From contig NC_089430.1 of the NCBI RefSeq assembly GCF_026210795.1, forward strand, positions 1,922,001 to 1,986,000: 64,000 nucleotides of DNA. The letters are read 5' to 3'. The stretch's first letter is position 1; the number at the start of each line of letters is the position of its first letter. The DNA comes from Rhizophagus irregularis (Eukaryota). Shown here one piece after another: positions 51,030 to 64,000 of this stretch. The position numbers were made by a program, and so were the translations under genes. The notes beneath the pieces are model-generated. The model was not told where the DNA came from and ran no database searches. It was given only the letters and a program-made list of their open reading frames with translations.

Positions 51030-52400
51030 TGAGAAAAGTCGCCTTAGCTTATGACAACTTCGCTTCGGTGTCGAGTATAGACTTCCGGCAGAATGTGGAT
51101 TCATATGAGACAGAGTTGGTAGCATGAGATTGGTGTATAAGAAACTGTTTCATTTCTTTGAGTGGGTTCTTTTTTTGGATTGGGTAATATTCCTATTTAG
51201 CTTGATTGTGACAACGTGGGTTCCAGATGTCTTTCCTAAATTGATTGATAAAAAGTAGTATGTAAAGCAGACAATGCTGCGTATCTAGATTTGGTAGGAA
51301 CATTGAGTTCGAGCAGAACCTTAGAAAATTCTTGTAGAATAAAGCTTCTTATCGCTTTGTAAATTTTATTAAAATCTCCTTGCTTCAGCAATGAATTTTA
51401 CATCTTTGGATTGGTCATAAAGCACAAACACCATTTTTCCAGCTAATTTATTGGTGTCTGTAGGGAGATTAGTCTACCTCAATTGCCGCGGCATTAGATC
51501 TTCAAGACCGGGGTTCGATCTCCATTTTAACCAGAGACCGATTCGGAGAATATTTTTGAGAAAACCGGTGACCGGTTTCTAACATAAAACCGGCTTGAAT
51601 ATTTTAAACCGTTATTAAAACTCGTGTAATCTCAAAATTTTCGCAAATGTTAATATGCACGTGAATTATAATATCACATGACATAACTAATTCTTGAATT
51701 TGACATTCCTATTTAAAATTTAGAGTAAGTGTTAATTCTAATACTAGGAAACGGGAACCGTTGGAAGTCCGGAGCGAAAAGCTAAAACTTGCGATTTCAT
51801 TGGGTGACGATCACGTAGCGGACAGAGAAATTCACGTGATTGATTTTTTTTTCATAGTGCGTAGACATATATTGTCCTTCGCTTCGCTCCGTACGATTAA
51901 TTTTAGTGTGAATTTTAATATAGACTTTAATAATATAATTTTAATTTTTAACATAATAGTTGAGTGTTCATGATAAAATAATTGTTATACCTGCAAATAA
52001 TTTAATTTTTATTCCAAAAAATGGTTTCAAATTGTAATATGGTTTTAAATTACACTCTGGTCTGTACTTATAAACCAGTCTTAAACAAAAAACCGGTTCG
52101 CCGAAAAAATGAGCTGAAACCGGGCTGTATAGGCGAAGATCGGGTTGAAAGCGATTTCGGGTTTGTAACCGGTCTTAGAGCACTACGCTGCAGCTTGTTC
52201 AATTTTTCCAGTGAATATTTTTACACATTTTTTGTAAAAGTTTGGTCATGAAGAATCTTCTTTGGAGGACGACGATAGTTCATCATCGAATCGTCGTGAA
52301 CAAAGCAAGATCTGCAAATGCGAGTGGGATAACACGGGCCTGGTCGTTGTTGCTTGAGTTTTTTTTAAAGTGGGCAACTCATCAAAAAACAATTGGAACT
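51030..52400 (-). mobile_element. Decayed LINE C-terminal fragment split by a MITE
   Basis: Minus-strand scraps DELPTLKK-LKQQRP (about 52390-52340) and QFRKDIWNPRC...ITQSKKR (about 51245-51165) parallel EEIPTIEQMKK and EEVWIPRC...LTKKKK of the 45.9 kb LINE. Confidence 0.65.
51495..52185. mobile_element. hAT-like MITE
   Basis: Ends tagatcttcaagaccgg / ccggtcttagagcacta; flanks cgcggcat / cgctgcag (6 of 8 match); many aaaccgg subterminal motifs. Confidence 0.6.
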
Positions 52401-52651
52401 AAATTTAAAACTAAGTAAGTTGCTTATTTTAATAGAAGAGTCAAATTTTAATTTGTTAATTGGTTCATGACGTTTACATTACATTAGAATAATTAGATTC
52501 TAAATTGATGAATATAATTGAAAAAAAAATTTGAGTGACGAAATTGATCAAATAGATATTTATCACCTTGTTAAATACCATACTTTTTTGCTAGTTAGAT
52601 ACTAGTTAAATTCTATTAATTCTCCAGAATAATTCTTCAATATTTATATAA

Positions 52652-53344
52652 GGCCAAGTAAATAAAATTTTTCGTTTTTTATAATCGGACGGGCCACATA
52701 AATGTATTTTTTTGGTCATGTGACACCGGCCGGGTGTAAAATTTTTTTGACCAAAAAATATTTTTTTTTTATATACTTATTTTTATTAACATCAAAAAAT
52801 TCTCCTTTAACGGAATCTCCTACTTTTGTTTTTAATAAAAATTCATGATAATCTCTATTTATAAAAACTTCAGGTGAAACTTGCCCAATAGCTAATGAAT
52901 TGAAAAAAATTCGCATAATGAAGGATTTCCAATAACAGAGTGTATTTTACTATTTAAGTAATTCTTTTCTATTACTTAATACAACCTTTACATTTACAGA
53001 AGGTATTTTTTGATATATAAGAAAGAAAAACTATAAATTTTTATTAAAAAAAACTCATTATTTAACAAAAAGAACTTAAAATTTTTGTTAAAAAAAAACA
53101 CTGAAAAAAAAATTTGAAGTTTACATTTTGTCCAATCGTAATTTAAGGAAAAAAAAATTATAAACTTTTGCCCGGTCGCCGGGTGGAAAAAAAATTTAAT
53201 TTTTTACAGTATTAAACCGGCCAATCAACATTTAAAGATTTGCTAAATTTTTTTTTTTACTGTAAATAATTTTTTTTTCCGGACGGAAGGGTCAGATTTG
53301 GGAATTATTTTTCATGAGAAACGAAAAATTTTATTTACTTAGCC
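52652..53344. mobile_element. PIF/Harbinger-like (Tourist-type) MITE
   Basis: About 25-bp TIR ggccaagtaaataaaatttttcgttt versus ggctaagtaaataaaatttttcgttt (reverse complement of the right end); TAA TSD on both sides. Confidence 0.85.
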
Positions 53345-54266
53345 TAAATGGATTTGAAAACTCTAGTGCATAGCTAATGATAATTAGTCAAAATATTATT
53401 GAGAAATAAAAATTACTTTTAGTTGTTTTTTTTTGTAATAAAAAACAAAACTCTTTACTAAAAAAAGTTTTAGAATTAATTTCTGAGTTAAATTAGGTAT
53501 CATGGTATGAAGTTTTACAAAACTAAACCTCATAAACCCTAAACTTAACTTATGGATTAAAAAATTTGTTAGATTTCTGTATCGTATGATTTATCATCAA
53601 CATATATACTAATGATCTCACACATTATATAAAACCGGACCATTCACCATTATCCTCATAAAACCATTGTAAGATAGGAACGAAAGAATAGCGAAAAGAA
53701 CATTAGTATAAATGATTAAAAGGTTAATAGTTTAAAGTGCATAGAAATATTGATCATTTAATTTAAACTTTAAATGTTTACATTATATGTTCATATATGA
53801 TTCAGGTGTGACTTGCGTGAACCGTCGGAGTGTCTGAACGTTCATATTATATAAAAAAGTGTATCACTAGATTATAAAAATATTTAATATAATAATTTAA
53901 AATTTAAAATATTATTATAAATTATTATAATTATTATTAGATGACGCTGGAAGAAAAATGTATGGGTGATATTTTAGTCTTTAATTTTTTTTTTAATCTG
54001 ACAGGTGTATATTAATACTACTGTGTAACAAATTCAATTGCGTTAGCGTTGTCGATAAAAAGTAGGAATCAAGTTTTGATAAATGATAAATCAATATTTT
54101 TATCTTAGCAGATACGATCAGACTTTATTTAAGTAAAAACAAAAGATAAGTTCTATAATATAAATCAGGATTGAAAAGAAAAATACCAAAATGATCCCAA
54201 TATTGGCATATTTAATTTTTAATGTTAAAGTCATAATTATTTGAAATGCTGTGGCTTACATTGTAT

Positions 54267-55961
54267 TCAATCAACGATTTCACAATCCAGACATTCAGCA
54301 GTATTGTGAGAATTTTGATAATCTTTTTATAAAGGGTTAAAAATTAATGTAAATAACTTGAACAATTAAACAAAAAATATTTAAAATTATTAATACCTGA
54401 ATATACTGGATATTGCATACTAGATATATCATCATAATTACTATAATAATCATCAGGATTTTTTGGTTTAGGAAGGTTATTAAAATTTAGTAATCTACTT
54501 GTATAAATAGCTCCAGGATGCGGTTTATTTTTTAAATTTTTAATAGCTGATAAACGATTGTTTTTTATTATTTCTTCAATTTGTTTAGTTAATTCTGTTT
54601 GAATTAATTCTTTTTGATTTTCCTTACTCTTTAGGTATGAGTGGATTTCATATGACCATTTAGAAATAATTCTTGAAAGATCCAATGCATTTGGTCTATT
54701 TGATGGGTCTGCATCTAAACATCTTTTAATTAAATCCAATATTAATTTAGGTACCTTAATATTAAATCTTGGTCTTAACCCTTCACAAATACTTAATGCT
54801 AAACATTCATCATGAGCAGTATCATAATATGGAGTTAATTCTGAAATAACCTCATACATAATTATACCAAAACTGTAGATATCAGAAGCTTGAGTGTATT
54901 TTTGTCCTCTCATAATTTCAGGAGCTAAATAAGGTAAAACACCGTACACCTTATTTTCCATATTTTCTAATTCCTTATAATTAACTGGTTTACACAATCC
55001 CATGTCAGTTATACTTATTTTTTCATCAAAACATACTATATTCCCAGTATGTAAATCTCGATGAATTAATCCTTTTTCATGAATTCTTTTAAGACCAATT
55101 GCAATGTAATTTAACTTTAAAAATCTTTTATTCAACTTATGAAAATTAAGAAGGCCGTTGTTATGTGACCTTCTTTCATTCAAATATTTTCTTAAATTCC
55201 CTTTTTTAGCATATTTCATAACCATAATATAATTTTTAGTACTTGGTTCTTGGCTTATTCCATGACATCTAACAACTTGATCTAATTTTTTATCTTCTAT
55301 TATTTTAATGTGTAATGTGATCTGAAATTATTAAATTTAATTAGTAAATAAAATATCTCAAACTTTTTAACTTTAAATTAACCTATACCTCATTGATAAA
55401 CTCCAATGTAAGATTTTTTGAATTGTTCAAAACTTTAAGAGCTACGAATCTATTTGAAGAAATTCTTCGTCATCGATTTTTATTAACATCCCAATGTAAT
55501 ATATTACCATCTTTCCAAGATGCTTCATATACTTTTCCAAATCCGCCTTCAGCAATATATTTAACTGCATGAAACCTATCATAAGGTATCCATTCTAATA
55601 ATTGTTGTTCATTTTTTGCTGATAATTGATTGGTTTGAATAAACTTATCTAAATCATCATTACCACTAGTCCAATTATTAAAATTTTGTTGAAATCTTTT
55701 TGAATTGCAAGTTTGACACCAATCCTGTCCAGTATTTGCTTGTTTGCATTCTATACATTTTCCATACTTTTTTTCTCTATAATTATAAATACAAGCATAA
55801 CACCATCCCATATTTATTGACTTTATTTGCTCACATTTCTTACACATTCCATATTTTTCTTTCAAATTTGAATCACAGGTTTGACATACGAGTGATATAC
55901 TTGTTTGTTTGCATTTCATACATCTTCCATAATTTTGTTCATAATCACTTGATTGTTCCAT
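54267..55961 (-). pseudogene. TKL kinase paralog with a single premature stop; exons 55961-55389, 55321-54397, 54322-54267
   Basis: Same exon structure as 34580-36310. AEGGFGKVY, VALK, HRDLHTGN, TDMG and YLAPE are intact. In-frame TGA at 55472-55470 lies where the paralogs encode Trp. Confidence 0.85.
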
Positions 55962-56830
55962 GTTAAAAAATAAATTTTTTCTAAAAAATTTATTTCAAGA
56001 AAAATTCTGCTACGAATAACGAAGAATGGTTTTTTATATATTGTTTAGATGATCGATGAGGAAATTTTGTAGTAAAGAAGAAAGTACGTCGGTTTAGCGG
56101 AACCTCTATTTACCCTATTTAGGGCAGTGACATTAGCCACACCCCCAGGTAATGATCTTTTTTAACCAATTATATTCAATTATAAATTTAATACTAATTT
56201 CAACCAATAAAAATGTTTAATTTTGTTTCACGTAAGATTTTGCTTAACTAAAATATTAGCTAATATATGTATGGAACTAAACTTATGTTGGCAATCATTT
56301 GTCGATCACATATGAGATCAAATTCAACAACAAATCAGAATATTTTATAAATAATATAAATTATTGTATATTTTTTTTAAAACTATTTATGAAATAAATA
56401 AAAGGATTCATAAATTTATTATTAAATATGAATATAACGATTCACGTAGTGTACAGCTCATATAAAATTTTTTACATATATGAAATAAAAGCCGTTCACT
56501 CCGCATCATTTTGTTACGAGAATCTGAAATTATTTGCCAGGCCTTATAAAGCAAAATGTAAATAACTTTAAAAATTTTCTTGATAGTTAAAAATATAATA
56601 TGTATCGTTTAAGTCTTTGATGTTTCTAACAAAACTGCTCAATTACAAACTGATTTTATTTATGTAAAGAAAAGTTTACATGATATTCTATAATCAGTGT
56701 TGAACAAAAATTATAAATACAATATTTGCTTTTATAAAAGAAAAAAAAAGAATAAGAATAAGAAATGTATAAAAAAAATATTAATAAATCAAAAGTTTAT
56801 AGATTTAATGAGTGGTTTCGCATTCTATCA

Positions 56831-58355
56831 TTAACCTTCTATAAAAATTTATTAATTAATATAAATAATTTGATAGATAAATAAATAAATTAAATAGTTC
56901 ATTTAATACCTGAATATTTCATGTTTGATATATCATCAAATGTTTCATAGTAATCGTCAGAATTTTTTGGTTCAGGGAGATTTTTAAAATTAAATGGCCT
57001 ACTTTTATAAATAGCTTCGGGATGCATTGTATTTGTTAAGGATGAATTATCGGGTAAAGGACTACTATTCATTTCTTCAATTTGTTCAATTAATTCTGTT
57101 TTAATTAATTCAGTTTTCTTTTCTTCACATCTGAAATAATTTTTAAAACCTAGTGACCATCCATGAAGAGTCGTTATAATTTCGATTGGTTCTGGCCGAT
57201 TTAATGGATTTGCATCCAAGCATCGTTTAATTAAATGTAAAATCAATCGGGGTAATTTAATATTAAATCTGGGTCTTAATCCTTCACATATCTTTAATGC
57301 TAAGTTTTCGTCATGAGCGACATCGCAATATGGAAGCGTTGTTGAAATTACTACATACATAACTACACCCAAACTATAAATATCGGAAGCTTTGGTATAA
57401 TTTTGTCCTCTTAAAATTTCAGGAGCCAAAGAAGATAAAACACCATACATATTATTTTCATTTTCTAATTCCTTATAGTTTGCTGGTTTACAAAATCCTA
57501 CGTCACTTAAACAGAATACATTTTTATAACGCAATACATTTCCAATATGTAAATTTCGATGAATTAGTTCTTTACTATGAATTTTCCTGAGACCGGTTGC
57601 AATACATTGTAAGGTATCGATCTTTCTTCTCCACATTTGTAAGCTCCAATCTAAATTCATTTTGGACAATTCGGGATTTCTAAACCAATTTTCTTTAGCA
57701 TAACTCATAATCAACACATAGTCTTTTGTATTTGGGTCTTGAGTTATTCCATAAAATATACTTCGAGTTCTAATATAAAATGTAATCTGATTTTTTCAAT
57801 TAAATAAATTAGTAAAATAATAATAATCTAGAATTTAAACCAAACTTATAAATAATAGCTTTGAAATTATACCTCATTGATAAATTCTAATGTAACATTT
57901 TGTGAATTATTCAAACTTTTAAGAGCCACAAAAAAATTATTTTTACGACCATGCCTTTCCCATTGATTTTTACTCGTATCCCAGTGTACAATATAGCCAT
58001 CTTTCCAATTTGCTTTATGTACTTTACCAAATCCACCTTCCCCAATATATACAACATTATAAAAGTTATCATAAGGCATCCATTCAAATATTTGAAAATG
58101 ATATTTTGCTGATAATTGAGTATCTTGAATGAACTTATCAATTTCTTTATTACCACTAGTCCAATTATCAAAATTTTGTTGAAATCTTTTTGAATTGCAA
58201 GATTGACACCATTTCCTTCCAGTATATACTTGCAAGCATTCTGTACATCTTTTATGTTTATGTTCCCGACAAGTTTCACAATATAAAAAATCTGTATCTT
58301 CTTGTTTACATTGAACACACTTTTGATTTTCTTCTTCTTCAAATTGTTGATCCAT
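56831..58355 (-). CDS. TKL kinase paralog, probable pseudokinase; exons 58355-57873, 57786-56910, 56838-56831
   Basis: Open spliced frame with GEGGFGKV and VALK, but HRN in place of HRD and DVG in place of DFG. Confidence 0.85.
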
Positions 58356-59365
58356 AGCAAATAAATTAATTAGTTGGTAAATTTTATTGCTGAAAAATAT
58401 TGTAACGAATGTCTATATATACGTATTTTCGGCTCAAATGATCAACATAATTTTATGGAAACTCAATGCCATTCTTGTTAAGATCTACCTCATTACTAAC
58501 CGAAATAGTTACAAACTTCATTTATAGCAAGAATGAAAGAATGAAACCAATGCTGTTCTCTTAAAAATTCATAGAAAGTTTATTCGAGAAGTTACTAACT
58601 TTTTATAGTAAGAATCAGGATAAAAAATAAACAGTGTCGACAATAACGATAGATCCCGTTACGGGAAGTTCCCATGGGAAAATTAATTCCTTATTTTTTT
58701 TTTACGGATTATTTTTGACGGAATTAATTTACCGAAGGTTTTAACAAAGTGAAAAGGTTAAATTAAAAATATAATAAGACGTTCATTATGCAGTGAATGG
58801 TAACACCGGTGCTTATGGTGTCCTGTGTTACGCAATATTAGTCTTGTTACTCAAATACTCGTGACTTCGTTTAGCCATCATCCGATCCAATTAGATTTAA
58901 CTTAATTATATTATCACCGAAATAATGCTTGTTAACTTATGCCCAAATTATACCTAAGGAAATCGAAGAGGGATATAATTCTTAGAGTTTTATTTAATTC
59001 TTTTAATTGAACTGAATTCCTTGGGAAATATTGCTGAGGTAGCAATATTAAATTACTCATTTTTATTTAGTATTTATTGATTTCTTAAATCATCTATTCA
59101 TTTATTTATTTAATAACTTAGTTAATTACATTTTTTTATTCGTGTACAGTATATACTCGTTCTAATAAAGTTGATTCTGTCTGTTATCATCACGTGAATT
59201 TTCAAAGGTAACGAAAAAGCTACTGCAAGTGATTTAACAAGTTAAAAACCGATTTCATCAGTTAAGTCGGCATCACTAATTGCCTAACCACTTGATAATG
59301 GAAATATTTATTCTATGTTGTCTCTTTAGTACGTTAAAGATATTAAGTTAGTTGATTTCTCATCA

Positions 59366-59528
59366 TATATATGTTGTGCCCCAAGTTGACGATTGCCCCA
59401 AATCAACGATCGGCCTAAATTATCGGCCCATCTTTATAATACCTTAAGAATTTTCAAAGCATTACTTTTCACATATAGTAATCATCGCCAATTTGGGGCA
59501 TATTGAGATTTGGGGCACAACATATATA
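59366..59528. mobile_element. Small MITE
   Basis: 19-bp perfect inverted repeat tatatatgttgtgccccaa / ttggggcacaacatatata; internal gccccaa repeats. Confidence 0.8.
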
Positions 59529-60666
59529 CGCCACCGCCACTTTTGGTTAACTCGAAATTTTTTATGTTTTGTTATTATTCTATAGTGAATGTAATTTAAA
59601 CTTTATTTTAGCTATTTTTTAACAATTGCAACAACTAGTTAATGAAAAAGTGGTACTGGAGGACGTATAAAAAGGAATTTCAGCTAATTAATAAATATGT
59701 TCTTTGGCCGAAAATGTTGATCCTGTCTAACCCTAACCCTAAAACTATACCGTATAGAATCAATAACTATGTATACAGTATAGATAATAAAACCTATACC
59801 ATACATACAACGAGGGTCATATAATACTCATTATCGTCATGCCGCTTTATAGATAGTCATTATAAGAACACCAATCTTTTCGTATGATCATTTTTTTTAT
59901 GTACTATAACGTTAACCTTTATGTCAGAGGACGCTATTTTTTTTACTGTTGTACACGAACTATTAAGTTTACAAGAGAAAAAATATATCGATAACGAAAT
60001 AATCAAAAAATAGAAAATAGAAAATTGTGAAGTGATCATAAAATTGATATTACTACTATTACTGGTTTAAGGCGCAAAATATCAAAGGTATATACAAAGA
60101 CAAATATGTGGAATTCAAAGAAGAAATCACTAAATATATTCTCACGATCAATAAAAATTTTACGTTTAACATTATTTAGCACAAAAGATTTGATAAAAAC
60201 TATTCAACTTATTTATTATAACAAGAGACTATTCTTATATCTAGAAATGACAACACAATATGATTTCAGTCCCAGGTTCCAGTAATTAATAACTATCATG
60301 GGCAAGGAACTATCCAATACTTAAAAAAAATGAAATACAGCTAATGATCGCTTATGCAAATGCTTAAAAAAAATGAAAATACGACTAACCATGAATCAAT
60401 AATTCCAGTTCCAGCAGCAGTAGTTAATAGTAATCATAATAATCGTTAACAAGAAAAAACAAGAAGAGTGTTTAATGATCTAAATAATATTAAAAAATAA
60501 TGCAAGACGGGATTAAATTTACTGAGATCGATTACCTTAAATATTTGTTAACTGATAACAAATAAGTTTATAAAGTTTCATTAAGTTGTTAAGTCTTATT
60601 TTCGTTAATGTAATACAAAATTTTATTATAACATTATAACTTGAGCTAAATTTATAAGTTTCTAAT

Positions 60667-60854
60667 CCCTGTAAAAAAAGTCAATCCGTTTTTTACAGTA
60701 TATTCCGTCTTTTTCCATAAAAGGCTCATATTTCCGGAATTAATAACCTTATATCACGGAATTTATCAAATTATTTACATTTTCCGTGAATGGATCCGGG
60801 AAAGGCTCATTTTTACGGTTTTTACAGAAATAACGGATAAAATTTTTTATAGGG
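60667..60854. mobile_element. MITE with CCCTRTAAAAAA termini
   Basis: ccctgtaaaaaa ... ttttttataggg, flanked by aat on both sides; second copy at 43.7 kb. Confidence 0.85.
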
Positions 60855-61686
60855 AATAATTATTTATCCCCTCAAAAAGAAAATTTCATTATCAAGTGAA
60901 TAAACAGCAGCGGTAAAATTTTATGAATAAATTGTTAAAAGATTGTTAGAGAAAAGAAATTTATAATGTATAATCGTATATAGAGATAGAGATCTATTTA
61001 TCTAATTACAGTAAATTTTTGTGACCGATTTACAGATCTTCGATAAACCAACATGATTATTTATAATGTGATACAAATAATAAGTATTATTTATTTCATG
61101 GGAAGTTTGAAATAAATGGACAATCCCCTGGAGCGTGTTACTCATTAAATATTAACTATTTTAACTATTTTAAACTAAAATTAGTAATTTCCCGGCTATC
61201 TATATGACCGGGAAATAACTAAACGAAGATTCCCGGTCATTTATAAACTCAGCTAATCACTCGCAATTTTTAAAAATTAGTATGAAGGTGATCATGAGTG
61301 ACACTTAGTGCGACAGGGGATTAATAAATTTATTTGCGATATGTCGGATTTCTTGATATCTTGGATTTTTCTAATGGGACGAAATGAGTCCAGTTTATCG
61401 AGATTGCCTGCGTACATAAAGCCACATAAAGCACGAAGCATAAAGTCAAATAAAATTTCATTTATATTCATGATGCAAAAAAATGATAAGAATCAATGAT
61501 ACAAAGAGTGGAAATAAATATTACACTTTAATAATAAAAAGAGATTAATTACAGAAAAGTTTAATATCTTTATTTATATTTTATAGCTATAATCATACGA
61601 TTTGTTTACAAAATGTTAATTTATCTGTGCTGAATAGGATGAAGCAAAAATAATCACTTCAAATAAATTTGAATTTGTTATTTTTG

Positions 61687-64000
61687 TCAAATTTGATGTT
61701 GATTTCTTTGTACAAAAACTTTTGCAAGAGAATAAACTTCTCGATTATTTGATGATGTAAGATCTCTCCCAATTAAAGGAAAATAGCACAAACCAACATA
61801 CAAATTATCATTATCATTATCATCATCAAAATTATTTCCTTCCATAAACACTTCATTTACTTGAACATCACATGGAATCCAAACATATTGTATAACGGAT
61901 TCATGAATTTTCAATCTAAACCAAAATATTTTTGTAACTTCACAAATTATAATTGCTGCCAAATTTTCGGATGCAATTTTCTCTTGACCTTTAACAATAC
62001 GTAATTCATTCATAGTTTTGTCTAATTCTTCTTTATAATAAGCAATGAAAGGATGCTCATATGTAATATGGTCTTCTCCATATATATTGGCAAATCCACG
62101 ATTATTAAGGATTGAATATATATACTGACGCAATTTTGTTGTTGCTACATGTGCTATTTCATCGTTTCCAATGCGATACCTAGAAATGTTAGTTAATAAT
62201 GTGGATAATAAAGATGCTTTATTAACAATATTTGCTTCAAGATGATAATGTTGTCCTGTACTTTGAAAGTATTTTGTTGCATAGGATAATATTGTCTCAA
62301 TAATATGGCGTTGTAAAACTGCTTGAATAAGTAATTGATCATCTTTTTGATTTGTAATTTTAATTGAACATTTATAAAGCAATAAAAGCTTTTTAATTTC
62401 TTCCATATTAACAATAACATCCTGATTCAAATCAGTTATGTATTTTTTTAGATTATCACTTAATTGTAAGATATCGTTATTTAAACTATTAATATGATTT
62501 TGGTTAGTATCTTCTGATTGGTAGTTTGATGTTTCGTCCAATAAAATATTTTGTTGAAAATTATTTTCTAATTGATTCAATAAATAGATATTTTTTTGGT
62601 GCAAATTTCCATTTTCATTATCTAATTCTTCCTTTTCTTTTTCTAACTTTTTTAATTGATTCTCTTTCAATTTTACATCTTGTTGTAATTGATTGATTCT
62701 TGGTTCTTGCAACTTGATTTTATTTTGATATCGTTGATTATCAATAATTTGATTTTGATATTTTTCTTCAATTCCTTTAATATCGCGTTTTAACTTTTCA
62801 ACAATTATTTTATGCTGATTAGTCTCATTATTATATTTATTTATTAATGTTTTGTATTCTTCCTGTAAATTAACATAAAGTAGCATTTGGTCTTGTAATA
62901 CTTCATTTTTTTCTTTAACTTCTTTAAGCTCTTTAATAGTATTTTTTAATTGATTCTTAATACGATTCTGATTAACTAGTAGATCAATATTTATTATCAA
63001 AATAAAAATTAAAATTAACGAATATTTTCCTTTAAAAAAAAAAAAGATTTATTAATTAAAATCTTACCATGATACAAGCCATACAGTACAGCTAGTAGCA
63101 AAAAAGGAAAGAAAGTTAATATCATTCTGAATCAAAAAAAAAAGAATTTATTCTCCTAAGCTATGCTCTTACCTCCTCTCATAATAGCGGTAACAGAATA
63201 AGGTGGTCTAGAAATAAGTCGTACTCTTGTATTAAATTCTTTTTTAATTCTTGATTGTAAATATTTTGATTTTCCAAGTTCACCGACTAATGATAATGCA
63301 AAACAATTATCATCACATAAACGTAATTGGGAGTCAATTAGTTGTATAATCTTTTCTATAATGGGATCAAATATCGCTTTAATATCTTCAAATTTTAACT
63401 CAAAAGACCATCCAATTCCTTTTTTATTAGTATTATATTCTTCATTACAATATTGTGCTAAAAAAGGTTGGTGTGCTAAAAATATTATGAAACAAAATTA
63501 ATTTTTTTTTTAAAAAAAAAAAGATAACTTTTCAATACATTACCTTTTGAATCAAATTTGACGGTATCAAATTCTGATTGGATTCCAGTAAAATTTATCT
63601 TGTAAAGTCTAAAAAATACTTGTAATATATATTGTATTTGGTATGGTCGATTTTCTTTAACGTAATTAATTGCAAAAGATCCAACGTTGTTCTCTAAAAA
63701 TTTAAGAAATTCTTGATCTACGGAACTACTACCACAATCATTTCCAATTCTTTCTGCTATCAAACTTAGTCTTTCATTTTCCAAAAGCTGCCTTGTTGTC
63801 AAACTTACTATGTCCCCTCCACAATCAATTATCATAAAATTTTCTAAGAAATTTAAAAATATAATTAAGAGAATAATTTTTAACAAATTTATATATCATT
63901 GTATGTTATTAATGTTTACTACTTACCACCGACCGATATATTATGAGATTTTAAATATTTCATACAAAAAATCGCAATAGCTTCGGCTATTAAAACGAAA
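61687..64000 (-). CDS. Degenerate Hsp70-like (HSPA12-type) ATPase domain fused to a coiled coil and a C-terminal globular domain; 5' end outside the window; exons 63986-63927, 63843-63544, 63475-63173, 63091-63068, 62975-61687
   Basis: Spliced frame gives (P)EAIAIFC, FMIIDCGGDIVSLT, CGSSSVDQEF, FEDIKAIFDPII, LVGELGKSKYL and TAIMRGAVLYGL, continuing through a phase-1 intron into ORF 61687-63000 at VNQNRIK. Confidence 0.8.

Noticed and set aside
1720..59200. Recurrent (T)CACGTG(A) E-box-like sites
   Set aside because: They occur in promoters, TEs and coding DNA alike; enrichment cannot be judged without counting.
63068..63125. Independent ATG with a signal-peptide-like first exon for ORF 61687-63000
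   Set aside because: The hydrophobic codons fall in the polypyrimidine tract of an intron. The acceptor at 63092 gives AVLYGL, which completes the Hsp70 RGAVxxG motif.

Overview
Very AT-rich, intron-containing fungal DNA. The gene content (tyrosine-kinase-like kinases, Sel1 repeats, MATA-HMG box, HSPA12-type Hsp70-like gene, RNase H-bearing LINEs) points to an arbuscular mycorrhizal fungus (Glomeromycotina, Rhizophagus-like); this is inferred, not confirmed. In order: (1) 0-9 kb, a tandem array of Ulp1/SENP SUMO-protease copies, one intact and about four decayed, plus a short 18S rRNA relic. (2) 10-25 kb, conserved genes (Mss4, PIG-P, a SUN-domain protein, a CH-like conserved protein) interrupted by a 4.5 kb AT-rich minisatellite/MITE block. 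(3) 28-64 kb, an accessory region containing a disrupted kinase-Sel1-pentapeptide-WD40 chimera, three Cys-rich TKL kinase paralogs, an HMG-box gene, nested solo LTRs, a young 5'-truncated LINE, many MITEs, and a spliced gene joining a degenerate Hsp70-like ATPase domain to a coiled coil and a possible GrpE-like C-terminal domain. The two strongest leads are the kinase/NLR-like WD40 chimera, whose WD40 half resembles Mortierella/Mycoavidus NACHT-WD40 proteins, and the Hsp70-like fusion. All homology calls come from motif recognition by eye; no searches were run.
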